Positions 10,285 through 19,983 are shown, numbered from the stretch's first letter. The stretch: DNA of 64,000 nt from Planctomycetota bacterium (GCA_965223505.1 CBDCWP010000033.1:1-64000); one strand, 5' to 3'. Made by a program: numbers and translations. Notes: generated from the sequence alone by a model not told the origin.

Positions 10285-11438
10285 TGCCGCTGCTTCGACT
10301 CGCCTGGCGCTACGTGCGGTTCCACTGGGTCCGCTCGCTGCTGCTGGTGCTCTGCGTGGCTCTCACGGCGCTCGTTCCGCTGGCGGTCCAACTCCTGGTG
10401 AGCTCGTTCAGCGCGTCGTTTCACGCTCGCGCGAAGTCGACGCCCCTGGTGGTCGGCGCGCCGGGGAGCCGCTACGACCTCGTGCTGCGAACGCTCTATT
10501 ACCGTGGCCGCGTGCCGTCGGAGACCTCGATGGCCGAGGTGGACGCGCTCCTCGAGAGCGGCAGGGCGAAAGCGGTTCCGATCCTCTCGCGCCACACGGC
10601 GCAGAGGGCGCCACTCGTCGGGACGACGCCGGAGTACTTCGAGCAGCGGCGACTGCGCGCGGCACGCGGTACGTTGCCGCTCGTGTTGGGCGACGTGGTC
10701 CTGGGCGCGGACGTGGCCGCGACGCTTGCGCTGGGACCGGGCGACACGCTGCTGACGGACCGCAAGGCGCTCTTCGAGTTCGGCCTGAAGTACCCGTTGC
10801 GCCTGAACGTCGTCGGCGTGCTGGCACGCAGTGAAACGCCGGACGACGACGCTGCGTTCGTGGACATCAAGACGACGTGGATCATCGACGGCATCGGGCA
10901 CGGACACGAGGACGCGGGCGCCTCGTCGCGCGTGTTACGCAAGGACGGCGACGAGGTCGTGCTCGACCCCTCGGTGACGGAGTACACCCGGATCACGCCC
11001 GAGAACATCGGCTCGTTTCACTTCCACGGCGCGCCGGAGTCGTTCCCGGTCACCGGCATCCTGGTGTGGCCGAACGACCCACGGTCCTCGACGATCCTCA
11101 AAGGGCGCTACCGCACCTCTCCTTCGGCGCAGGCCCTCGTGCCCACGGACGTCATCGACGAGGTGCTCGGCTTCGTGTTCCAGCTGAAGCGGTTCTTCGA
11201 CGCGAACACGCTGCTCGTGTCCGTCGCAACGGCGCTCTTTCTCGCGCTCGTCGTGCTGCTGACCCTACGTGCCCGGCGGCGCGAGACGCGCACCCTGTTC
11301 AAGATCGGCTGCAGCCGCGCCCGGCTCGTCGCGTTGCACGCGCTGGAGCTTTGCATCTGCGTCGCGGCCGGGCTGGGCCTCGCCGGACTCGGCGCCTGGG
11401 TGCTCTTCGCGCTGGTCCTTCGCGATGCGGTACCGTAG
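10284..11438 (+). CDS. ABC transporter permease (FtsX/MacB-like)
   Basis: N-terminal TM, large periplasmic loop with GHGH, C-terminal TMs with RRRE...KIGCS. Confidence 0.85.
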   Translation: MPLLRLAWRYVRFHWVRSLLLVLCVALTALVPLAVQLLVSSFSASFHARAKSTPLVVGAPGSRYDLVLRTLYYRGRVPSETSMAEVDALLESGRAKAVPILSRHTAQRAPLVGTTPEYFEQRRLRAARGTLPLVLGDVVLGADVAATLALGPGDTLLTDRKALFEFGLKYPLRLNVVGVLARSETPDDDAAFVDIKTTWIIDGIGHGHEDAGASSRVLRKDGDEVVLDPSVTEYTRITPENIGSFHFHGAPESFPVTGILVWPNDPRSSTILKGRYRTSPSAQALVPTDVIDEVLGFVFQLKRFFDANTLLVSVATALFLALVVLLTLRARRRETRTLFKIGCSRARLVALHALELCICVAAGLGLAGLGAWVLFALVLRDAVP

Positions 11439-11442
11439 CGCG

Positions 11443-13098
11443 ATGCGACGCACGCTCGTTCTGCTCGTTCTCGCGCTCTGTTGGACCGGCTGCGGCGACG
11501 AGACGCAGCGCGAACCCGTACGCGCGACCCGAGCGAAGCCGCTGGTGTACGCCACGTCGTACCCGCTCGCGTACTTCGCGGAGCGCATCGGCGGCGATCT
11601 CGTCGAGGTCGTGTGCCCCGTTCCCCCGGGCGAAGATCCCGCGACCTGGATGCCGGACGCGAAGACGATCGCGGCGTACCAGCGCGCCGACCTCATCCTC
11701 GTGAACGGCGCCGGGTACGAGCAGTGGCTGGACAAGGTGAGCCTGCCCAAGGAGCGCGTCTTCGACACGACCGCACACCTCGAAGCACTCATCAAGATCG
11801 AGAACGCGACGACGCACAGCCACGGCGGCAAGACGCACACGCACGAGGGCGTCAACCCCCACACGTGGCTCGACTTCACCTCGGCGTCGTCCCAGGCCGA
11901 CGCGGTCCGCGCGAGGATGGCGACGTTGACTCCCGCGGAACACGCGTCGGCGCTCGAGTCGCGCTCCGTCGAGCTGCGCGAGGATCTGCTGGCCCTCTAC
12001 GACCGCCTCTCCCTGATGCCGCACGTACGCGTCTGGGCGTCGCACCCGTCGTACGACTACCTCGCACGAGCACACCGATGGACGCTTCACAACGCGCACA
12101 TCGATCCGGACGCGGACCCCGACGACGTGCCGTGGGACGCGTTGCGGCAACGCATCGAGCGCCATCCCGCGACGCACATGCTCTGGGAGCGAGAACCCCG
12201 CGAGGAGCTGGCGGCGCGCATCGACGAGGAGCTGGGCCTCGAAGGCATCGTCGTCTCGACCTGCGAAACGAAACCGGACGGCGAAGAGACGTATCTCACG
12301 GTCATGACTGCGAACGTCGGGCGGCTGTTGAACGCGTTGCCGTTGGCCGAGCTCCCCGAAGAGGTCGTCGACGACGGACTCGACGACGCCCGCACGGTCG
12401 AGCAGCTCCTCGCCGTTCTCACGAGCGGCAACGAGGACGAACGCGAGGACGCCGTGCGCGTGCTGGCGCTGCGCCTCGACGCGGCGGCCTTGGAACGGGA
12501 CGGAGCGAAGCTGATCGCGCCGCTCACGGCCGCGCTGGGCGACGCGTCCGCCGATGTGACGGCCGGCGCCGCGAGCATCCTGGCCCGCATGGGTACGACG
12601 GCCGCGCCCGCCGTCGCGCCGCTCACCAAGGCACTAGAGCGCGACGATCCGATGGTGCGCGCGCGCGTCGCGACGGCGCTCCAGGAGATCGGCCCTGCGG
12701 CCGGATCGGCAACGAGCGCCCTCGTGGCGTTGTTGAACGATGCGACGGAGGTCGTGCGCATCAACGCGGCCGGCGCGTTGATCAAGATCGATCCGGATCC
12801 GGCGGTCGCCCTGACGCCTCTGACAACGTCCCTGCGCGGCGACGAGAGCGACGAGGTGCGCATCCATGCGGCGCTCGCGCTGGGCGAGCTGGGCGCGTCG
12901 GGCGGGCCCGCCGTGGGTGCGCTCGAGGCGGCGCTCACCGACGATCAGAGCGAGGTCCGCGCGGCCGCCGCCTGGGCGCTGGGCAACATCGGCGCGCCCG
13001 CGCGCGGCACGGTCGACGCGCTGAAGGAGCTGTTGAAGGACGAGCTGTTCGAGGTGCGAAGCGCCGCCCGCCGCGCGCTCGACCGCCTGGAAAAGTAG
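11443..13098 (+). CDS. ZnuA/TroA-type metal-binding lipoprotein fused to C-terminal HEAT repeats
   Basis: Lipobox-like WTGC; VPPGEDP, NGAGYEQWL, His-rich THSHGGKTHTH, NPHTWLD; about 6 HEAT-like repeats (VRxxAAxALGxIG). Confidence 0.85.
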   Translation: MRRTLVLLVLALCWTGCGDETQREPVRATRAKPLVYATSYPLAYFAERIGGDLVEVVCPVPPGEDPATWMPDAKTIAAYQRADLILVNGAGYEQWLDKVSLPKERVFDTTAHLEALIKIENATTHSHGGKTHTHEGVNPHTWLDFTSASSQADAVRARMATLTPAEHASALESRSVELREDLLALYDRLSLMPHVRVWASHPSYDYLARAHRWTLHNAHIDPDADPDDVPWDALRQRIERHPATHMLWEREPREELAARIDEELGLEGIVVSTCETKPDGEETYLTVMTANVGRLLNALPLAELPEEVVDDGLDDARTVEQLLAVLTSGNEDEREDAVRVLALRLDAAALERDGAKLIAPLTAALGDASADVTAGAASILARMGTTAAPAVAPLTKALERDDPMVRARVATALQEIGPAAGSATSALVALLNDATEVVRINAAGALIKIDPDPAVALTPLTTSLRGDESDEVRIHAALALGELGASGGPAVGALEAALTDDQSEVRAAAAWALGNIGAPARGTVDALKELLKDELFEVRSAARRALDRLEK

Positions 13099-13149
13099 CG
13101 GCGAGACGGACCGCAGGACCGTCCGTACGCGGCGCTACAACGCGTGGCG

Positions 13150-14157
13150 ATGGCGCTGCGCATGGTCGAGATCTTCCTGCCCGGCCGAGAGGCCGACACG
13201 GTGTCCGCTTCGATGGACGCCGAGCCGCGCGGCGGCCCCTGGACGCACGAGCTCGACGACGGGCGCAAGTGCGTACGCATGCTGCTCGACACCGAAGCCG
13301 CGGGCGACGCCATCGACGACCTCGAGCGCCGCTACGGCTCAACGCCGGGTTTCCGGTTGCTGATCTTCCCGATCCACGCCTCGCTGCCCCGCGCGGAGGA
13401 TCCGGAAGACCTTCCGGCGCACAAACGGCGCGCGACGCGCCACCGGTCCATCAGCCGCGAAGAGCTGTACGCCGAGGTGCAGAAGATGGCGACGCCGAAC
13501 CGCATCTTCTTCGCGACCGTCGTGCTCTCGACCATCGTCGTCGCCGTCGGCCTGTTCCGCGACAACGCGGCCGTGATCATCGGGGCGATGGTGATCGCGC
13601 CTCTGTTGGGTCCCAACGTCGCATTGTCATTGGCCGCGGCGCTGGGCGACCCGGCGATGCTCAAGCGAGGGGTCCAGTCGAACGGCTGGGGTCTCCTGAC
13701 GGCGCTGGCGCTCACGATCCCATTGGGGTACTTCGGCGCCGTGGCGTTGGCCGGTGACGCAGTTCCGGTAGAGATCCTGCGTCGCACGGAAGTGCATTGG
13801 AGCGACATCGTGCTGGCGCTCGCGGCGGGGAGTGCGGGCGCCTTGGCGCTGACGACCGGCGTCGCGAGCTCGCTGGTCGGGGTGATGGTGGCGGTGGCGT
13901 TGCTGCCGCCGACGGCCGTCGTCGGCATGCTCGTCGGCGCGGGGCCGGCGCACTACGACCTGCTGCCCGGCGCGTTGCTGCTCCTCGCGACGAACGTCGT
14001 CTGCGTGAACATCGCCGGAACGGCCACGTTTCGCATTCAGGGCATTCAACCGCGCACCTGGTTCGAGGCCGACCGCGCGACGCGCTCCACGCGGCTCGCG
14101 TTGGTGATCGGGGCCGTCGCGCTCGGCGCGCTGCTGGTGCTCATCGTGCTGCTGTAG
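13150..14157 (+). CDS. TIGR00341/DUF389 family membrane protein
   Basis: DNAAVIIGAMVIAPLLGP and LVGVMVAVALLPP motifs. Confidence 0.9.
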   Translation: MALRMVEIFLPGREADTVSASMDAEPRGGPWTHELDDGRKCVRMLLDTEAAGDAIDDLERRYGSTPGFRLLIFPIHASLPRAEDPEDLPAHKRRATRHRSISREELYAEVQKMATPNRIFFATVVLSTIVVAVGLFRDNAAVIIGAMVIAPLLGPNVALSLAAALGDPAMLKRGVQSNGWGLLTALALTIPLGYFGAVALAGDAVPVEILRRTEVHWSDIVLALAAGSAGALALTTGVASSLVGVMVAVALLPPTAVVGMLVGAGPAHYDLLPGALLLLATNVVCVNIAGTATFRIQGIQPRTWFEADRATRSTRLALVIGAVALGALLVLIVLL

Positions 14158-14168
14158 GCGGGGCGAGG

Positions 14169-15065
14169 CTACCGCGGACGATTGGCGGCAATCAGCTCGG
14201 CCAACAGCGTGAACTCGCGCTTGCGCACCGACGTCTTGCGCCATGCCATGCCGATCGTTCGATATGGTCGCGGCTTCGTGAACGGCAGCGTGACCAACGC
14301 GGGATTCGACCGGGTCTCGGCCTCGATCGCGAGCGACGGCAACAGCGTCACGCCGATGCCCGCCGACACCATCTGCACGAGCGTGCTCAGGCTGCTGGCG
14401 CGCACGTCCGCCACCTCGCTCGAACCTGCCGACCGGCAGATGGCCCACGCCTGATCGCGAAGTCAGTGCCCGTCCTCGAGCAGCAGGAGATCACGCCCGT
14501 CGAGGTCCTGCTCGCGCGCACGCTTTCGTTTCGCGAGCGCGTGGGTGTCGGGAACGGCGAGCACGAAGCAGTCTCGAAAGAGCGCCAAGGGCTCCGCGCC
14601 CACGAGGTCGGCCTCCAACGCGAGCAGGAGCAGGTCGAGGTCGCCGTCCGCGAGCGACCGAACGAGCCGGTCGGTGTGATCCTCGCGAAGGAGGAGTCGC
14701 AGGTCCGGAAAGCGGCGACGAATCGGAGGGATCACACTGGGCAAGAGGTAGGGAGCGATGGTCGGGATCACGCCGAGTCGCAGCGTGCCCGTCAGGGGAC
14801 TGCCGTACGCGCCCGCGGCGTCGACCAGCTCGTCGACCTGCGTCAGGACGCTGCGCGCCTGCTCGATGGCGGTCTCCCCCGCGGCGGTGGGCAACACCTT
14901 GCGTCGGTCGCGCTCGAAGAGCTTCACGCCCAGCACGCGCTCGAGCTGCTGAATCTGGGCGCTGAGCCCGGGCTGCGAGACGAACGCGGCCTCCGCGGCC
15001 TTGCGGAAGTTGCGCTCGTTGCCCACGGCCACGAGGTACTCGAGCTGACGCAGCGTCGGTCGCAT
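14169..15065 (-). CDS. oxyR: OxyR, LysR-family H2O2 sensor, with in-frame TGA (putative Sec201) at the peroxidatic Cys position
   Basis: LysR HTH (NFRKAAEAAFVSQPGLSAQI), GVIPTIAPYLLP, LLLEDGH*LRDQAWAIC, RASSLSTLVQMV; 298 aa if TGA 14463-14465 is read through; divergent from ahpC. Confidence 0.9.
14424..14441 (-). promoter_or_regulatory. Putative bacterial SECIS element of oxyR
   Basis: mRNA AUCUGCC-GGUC-GGCAGGU hairpin; G-containing loop begins 28 nt after the UGA. Confidence 0.75.
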
Positions 15066-15084
15066 TGATAACTCCATATTATCA
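15066..15084. promoter_or_regulatory. Putative OxyR/LysR binding palindrome in the oxyR-ahpC intergenic region
   Basis: TGATAA-N7-TTATCA perfect dyad fitting the LysR T-N11-A pattern, in an AT-rich spacer. Confidence 0.65.
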
Positions 15085-15166
15085 GAACGAGACTGTCTTT
15101 CGATTGGAACGATCAGAGAATTCGCGGAGAGTCACGCGCGTCGAACACCCATCAAGGAGATCCAGC

Positions 15167-15706
15167 ATGTTGACCGTCGGAGACCGCTTCCCCCGCTTCA
15201 AGCTCACGGCCGTCGTTTCCTCGAACACGGCGAACGCGTTCCGGGAGATCGACGAGAGCACGTACGAAGGCGACTGGAAGGTCTACTTCTTCTATCCGAA
15301 GGACTTCACGTTCGTCTGCCCGACGGAGCTCGCCGGGTTCGCGAAGCTCAACGACGACTTCCAGGAGCGTGATGCGCAGCTCATCGGCGGCAGCACCGAC
15401 AGCGATTTCGTGCACCTCGCCTGGCGCAAGGACCACCCCGACCTGCAGAACCTCCCCTATCCGCTGCTCTCCGACATCAAGCGCGAGCTCAGCACGGAGC
15501 TCGGCATCCTCGACGCTGCCGAGGGTGTCTGCATGCGCGCGACCTTCATCGTGGATCCGGACGGGATCATCCGCTTCGTGAGCGTCAACGACGGCAGCGT
15601 CGGTCGCAACCCGGCCGAGGTCCTGCGCGTCCTGGACGCCCTGCAGACCGACGAGCTGTGCGCCTGCAACTGGCGCAAGGGCGAAGAGACGCTGCAGATC
15701 GCATAG
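15167..15706 (+). CDS. ahpC: Alkyl hydroperoxide reductase C (2-Cys peroxiredoxin)
   Basis: FYPKDFTFVCPTE, GRN, LQTDELCACNW; RBS AAGGAG. Confidence 0.96.
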   Translation: MLTVGDRFPRFKLTAVVSSNTANAFREIDESTYEGDWKVYFFYPKDFTFVCPTELAGFAKLNDDFQERDAQLIGGSTDSDFVHLAWRKDHPDLQNLPYPLLSDIKRELSTELGILDAAEGVCMRATFIVDPDGIIRFVSVNDGSVGRNPAEVLRVLDALQTDELCACNWRKGEETLQIA

Positions 15707-15751
15707 GGGGATCTCGAAGGCCTGGGGCCCCTACCGACGAAAAGAGCTTCG

Positions 15752-16306
15752 ATGAGCATCGCCGTACTCAAGGACCGCCTCCCGGCGTTCGCCAAGGATG
15801 TGCGCCTGAACCTGGGCGCGCTCGCGGACACGGAGAGCCTCACCCCGCAGCAGCTGTGGGGCACGTTGCTTTGCGCCGCCGCGTCGGCGCGCAACGCCGA
15901 GGTTCTGAAGGCCGTCGCCGAGGAGGCGCGCATCCACCTGGACGACGACGCTTTCGCGGCGGCGCGCGCGGCCGCGTCGATCATGGCGATGAACAACGTG
16001 TACTACCGCTTCGTGCATCACGTCGAAAACGACGTGTACGGCTCGATGCCTGCTCGCCTGCGCATGCAGGTCATCGCGCGGCCCGGCGTGGACAAGCTCG
16101 ACTTCGAGCTCTGGTCGCTGGCCGCGTCGGTCATCCACGGATGCGGCGCGTGCACGAACGCGCACGAGAACAAGGCGCTGCAGCGCGGCGCCTCGCCGGA
16201 GATGGTGCAGGATGTCGCACGCGCGGCGGCGATTCTCCACGCCGCCGCCGTCACGCTCGATGGAGAGGCCGCGCTCGACGGAAGGCCGGCGGCTACGAAC
16301 GCTTAG
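15752..16306 (+). CDS. ahpD: Alkyl hydroperoxidase D
   Basis: AKDVRLNL, MAMNNVYYRF, FELWSLA.S..HGCGAC..AH. Confidence 0.93.
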   Translation: MSIAVLKDRLPAFAKDVRLNLGALADTESLTPQQLWGTLLCAAASARNAEVLKAVAEEARIHLDDDAFAAARAAASIMAMNNVYYRFVHHVENDVYGSMPARLRMQVIARPGVDKLDFELWSLAASVIHGCGACTNAHENKALQRGASPEMVQDVARAAAILHAAAVTLDGEAALDGRPAATNA

Positions 16307-16327
16307 ATTCAGCGAGAAAGGGATCTC

Positions 16328-16762
16328 ATGTCAGACGTCACGAAGGAACTCAACCTGCTCCTCGCCGACTACCAGGTCTACTACCAGAAGCTCCGCAACT
16401 ACCACTGGAACGTACGCGGACCGCGGTTCTTCGAGCTGCACCTGAAGTTCGAAGAGCTGTACAACGGCGCCGCGCTGAAGGTGGACGAGCTCGCCGAGCG
16501 CGTGCTCGCCCTGGGCGAGAAGCCGTACTCCACGCTCGCGGAGCAGCTCGAGCACGCGCGCCTGTCGGAGGATGCGGGCGACCCCGATGCCGAGGCGATG
16601 GTCCGGAATCTCGTCGGAGACATTGAAACCCTGAACGGCGCGCTGCGTCATACGTCCGAAGCGGCGAGCGGCGCCGGCGACGCGGCCACGATGAACATGC
16701 TGGACGGCATGGCGGACGAACAGGAGAAGACCGCCTGGATGCTGAAGGCGTTCCTTTCGTAG
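16328..16762 (+). CDS. dps: Dps ferritin-like DNA-protection protein
   Basis: NYHWNVRGPRFFELHLKFEELY, DELAERV, EKTAWML. Confidence 0.95.
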   Translation: MSDVTKELNLLLADYQVYYQKLRNYHWNVRGPRFFELHLKFEELYNGAALKVDELAERVLALGEKPYSTLAEQLEHARLSEDAGDPDAEAMVRNLVGDIETLNGALRHTSEAASGAGDAATMNMLDGMADEQEKTAWMLKAFLS

Positions 16763-16837
16763 CCATCCCCGGCCGCGCCCGTCAATAATGGCGTCGCCCG
16801 CCCGAACGGCGGACGACGAGAAGGACGGCACGTCTCG

Positions 16838-18508
16838 ATGGGGTTGGACAACTACGAGTTGGTCGAAGAGCTGTTCACGGCGGCGCCGAGCACGTTCTAC
16901 CGAGGTCGCAACAAGATCCTCGGACACGAGCTCCTGGTGCGCCGGCTCTCCATCGACCCGGCGCGCGCCGAGAACGTGCGCGACACGTTCTTCCGCGAGC
17001 AGCGTCTGTCGGCGGCACTGAGCCACCCGCACATCCAGCGTCCCATCGACGTGCTCGAAGAGGACGGCTACCTGTGGTCCGTGCACGAGTATCACAAGCT
17101 CAAGCCGACCACGGAGATGGTCGAGGAGAACGGGCCGATGGAGCTGGCGGAAGCGGCGCGCATCGGTTCACAGGTGGCAGACGCCCTCGCGTTCATGCAC
17201 GCGAAGAACCACATCCACGGCAAGCTCGCGCCGCGGCTGGTCGTCGTGGACGAACGCGGCGACTCCATGTTGATCAACCTCGTGAAGGCCGCGGATCTCG
17301 CGGCGGACGTGTGGCCGCTTCGTCCCGCCGTTCTCGGCCTGACACCGTTCACCGCGCCGGAGGAGTTCCGCGGCGAGCGACCGACGAAGAGCTCCGATGT
17401 CTACGCGCTCGCCGCGACCATGGTGTATTGGGTGAGCGGGATGTGGCCGCGCGGCGGCGCGAACGAAGAAGAGGCCCTCGAGCGCGCGCGCGACGGCGCC
17501 GAGCTGATCGACTTGACCGCGCTGCATCAGCCGTTGCCGCCGACCCTGATCTCCGCGCTGACCGCAGCGCTCGAACCGGATCCGACCGAGCGCCACGGCG
17601 GCGCGGCGGCGTTCGGCTCGATCTTGATCGACATCTTCCAGCGGCAGGCGGCTGAGATCCCGTCCGGGTTCTCCACGGGCGCGCAGCTGCATCCGACCGG
17701 CACGCTGGACCGGGTGCAGATCCTGGGGCGACACGGCGCGGGCGCCTTCGGCGTCGTGCTGCGGGCGGCGGATCCCACGGATTCGTCCGTCTTCGCGGTC
17801 AAGGCGCTCAAGCCGGAGCACCGGGACGACAGCGAGGCGTATGAGCGCTTCGTGCGCGAGGCGCGGGCGCTCCATCAGATCCAGCATCCGAACGTGGTCC
17901 GCATCCACGGGGTCGGCGAGCAGCACGGAACGCCGTACGCGGTGATGGAGTTCATCTCCGGTCCCGACCTTGCCACGACGCTGTTGCGCGACGGCTGCCT
18001 GCCGGCCCCGCGAGCCGCGCGGCTCGGCGCGGGCATCGCGCAGGGGCTGGACGCGATTCACGCCGAAGGCATCGTTCACCGCGATCTGAAGCCGCACAAC
18101 ATCCTCATCGCCGAAGGCGACCGGCCGGTGATCGCGGACTTCGGCGTCGCGCGCAACACCGCGGCGACCCGCATGACGATGACCGGACGGATCGTCGGGA
18201 CGCCGGCGTACATGGCGCCGGAGCAGTTCGACGACGAGCCGGCCGCGCCGTCGGTCGACCTGTTCGCCCTCGGCGCGATCCTCTATGAGATGCTCGCCGG
18301 GCAGACCCCGTTCCCGGCGAAGGACCCGCTCGAGGCGATCCGTGCCATACGCGAAGCACGTCCGGAGCCGTTGCCGGACGACGTGCCGCACCGACTGGCC
18401 GCCATCGTGTCCCGGCTCTTGCGCAAGGACCCGGCCGAGCGCTACCCCAATGCGGCGCTGGTCGCGGACGACCTGCGCAAGGAATCCGAACGGCTCCCCG
18501 TCTCGTAG
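16838..18508 (+). CDS. Tandem Ser/Thr kinase (N-terminal pseudokinase plus C-terminal kinase)
   Basis: Domain 2 has GAGAFG/AVK/HRDLKPHN/DFG/APE; domain 1 has HGKL and NLVK in place of HRD and DFG. Confidence 0.88.
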   Translation: MGLDNYELVEELFTAAPSTFYRGRNKILGHELLVRRLSIDPARAENVRDTFFREQRLSAALSHPHIQRPIDVLEEDGYLWSVHEYHKLKPTTEMVEENGPMELAEAARIGSQVADALAFMHAKNHIHGKLAPRLVVVDERGDSMLINLVKAADLAADVWPLRPAVLGLTPFTAPEEFRGERPTKSSDVYALAATMVYWVSGMWPRGGANEEEALERARDGAELIDLTALHQPLPPTLISALTAALEPDPTERHGGAAAFGSILIDIFQRQAAEIPSGFSTGAQLHPTGTLDRVQILGRHGAGAFGVVLRAADPTDSSVFAVKALKPEHRDDSEAYERFVREARALHQIQHPNVVRIHGVGEQHGTPYAVMEFISGPDLATTLLRDGCLPAPRAARLGAGIAQGLDAIHAEGIVHRDLKPHNILIAEGDRPVIADFGVARNTAATRMTMTGRIVGTPAYMAPEQFDDEPAAPSVDLFALGAILYEMLAGQTPFPAKDPLEAIRAIREARPEPLPDDVPHRLAAIVSRLLRKDPAERYPNAALVADDLRKESERLPVS

Positions 18509-19909
18509 CTACGTCGCGGCCGACGCGACCTTCTTCAGGTGATAGCGGGCGTACGTCTCCGGCACGACGACGTCGGCATGGCCCTGCTTGCGCAGCGTGT
18601 CCGCGAACTCGATCGCCGTCGACTCGTCGCCGTGGACGAGGTAGATCGAAGAGCCCCATTCGCGGGCGGGCGCAAGGAACGCGAGCAGATCCGAGCGGTC
18701 GGCGTGGGCCGAGTAGGCGTTGAGCTTGGTGACGCGCGCACGAACAGGCACGTTGCGACCGAAGATGCGCACCTTCGGGCGTTTCTCGAGGATGCGCCGC
18801 CCCAGCGTGTGCGGCGCGCACCAGCCGACGAACAACACGGTGTTTCCGCGGTCGCCGAGACCGTGCTTGAGGTGGTGCACGATGCGACCGCCCTCGCACA
18901 TGCCGGATCCCGCGATCACGATGAACGGACCGGGACGGTGGTTGAGTCCCTTGCTCTCCTGGCTGCTCGAGATGTAGTGCACGCCCTTCGGGTAGAAGGG
19001 GCGGCCGCCCTCGGACAAGAAGTCTTCGACGTCCTGATCCCAGCACTCGGGATGGTTCGCGAAGACCTCCGTCGCCTTCTCCGCGAGCGGCGAGTCCACG
19101 AACAACGGGCAGCGCGGCAGCGACTCGTCCCGCCACGCCTTGGCGATCGCGTATACGAGGTTCTGGGTGCGGCCGACGCTGAAGGCCGGAATCAAGAGCT
19201 TCCCGTTGGTCTGGACACAGCGGCGAATCTCGTCGCGCAGTCGCGTCTCCGAGATCTCCGTCGGGCCATGTTCGCGGTTTCCGTAGGTGCACTCGCTCAG
19301 GATCGCGTCCGCGCGCGGCAACGGCGCGGGGTCCTTCAGGATCGGATACATCTGCCGCCCGAGGTCGCCGGTGAAATAGATCGTCGGCGCGTTCTCCGCC
19401 TCCAGCAGGACGCCGGCCGAGCCGATGATGTGCCCCGCCTCGCGGTAGGTCGCCTTGACGCCGGGGATGGGCTCGAAGGGCGTCTCGTACGGCACGGTCT
19501 CGAAGAGACCCAGGGCCTTGTCGACGTCCGCCTCCGTGTAGATCGGCTCGATCGGAAGCGCGTCCGGCCGGCGCTTCTTGTTGGCGTAGCGCGCATCCGC
19601 TGCCGCGATGCGCGCGCAGTCGTGCAGCATGGCCTTGCAAAGGGCCTTCGTCGCCGGCGTGGCATAGATCGGCCCGCGGTAGCCGTCGCGAACGAGCGAG
19701 GGAATCGCGCCGCTGTGGTCGATGTGCGCATGGGAGAGCACGAGCGCATCGGTGTCGATGCCGACATGCCGGTTGCGTTCCGTGGACTCGTGCCGCCGTC
19801 CCTGGAACATGCCGCACTCGAGGAGGAGACGCTGTGAACCGTAGCGAAGCACGTGGCGGCTGCCGGTGACCGTTCGCGCCGCCCCGTGACTCTGAAGGGT
19901 GACTTGCAT
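18509..19909 (-). CDS. MBL-fold beta-CASP ribonuclease
   Basis: GAARTVTGS, LSHAHIDHSG, AGHIIGS, ECTYG, SGMCEGGRI, YSAHAD, LVHGD. Confidence 0.93.
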   Translation of the reverse strand: MQVTLQSHGAARTVTGSRHVLRYGSQRLLLECGMFQGRRHESTERNRHVGIDTDALVLSHAHIDHSGAIPSLVRDGYRGPIYATPATKALCKAMLHDCARIAAADARYANKKRRPDALPIEPIYTEADVDKALGLFETVPYETPFEPIPGVKATYREAGHIIGSAGVLLEAENAPTIYFTGDLGRQMYPILKDPAPLPRADAILSECTYGNREHGPTEISETRLRDEIRRCVQTNGKLLIPAFSVGRTQNLVYAIAKAWRDESLPRCPLFVDSPLAEKATEVFANHPECWDQDVEDFLSEGGRPFYPKGVHYISSSQESKGLNHRPGPFIVIAGSGMCEGGRIVHHLKHGLGDRGNTVLFVGWCAPHTLGRRILEKRPKVRIFGRNVPVRARVTKLNAYSAHADRSDLLAFLAPAREWGSSIYLVHGDESTAIEFADTLRKQGHADVVVPETYARYHLKKVASAAT

Positions 19910-19983
19910 GCCGCGTAGTATCGGCAACCGCGTCGCCGCACGCCAGCGCGAGAGACGTGTTCTTTCGACTTGTTCAGCCCCGG

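Noticed and set aside
14169..15065. oxyR as a pseudogene (as in Mycobacterium tuberculosis)
   Set aside because: Only one lesion, at the catalytic Cys, with a SECIS-like hairpin and two parallel cases in the window; disfavoured but not formally excluded.
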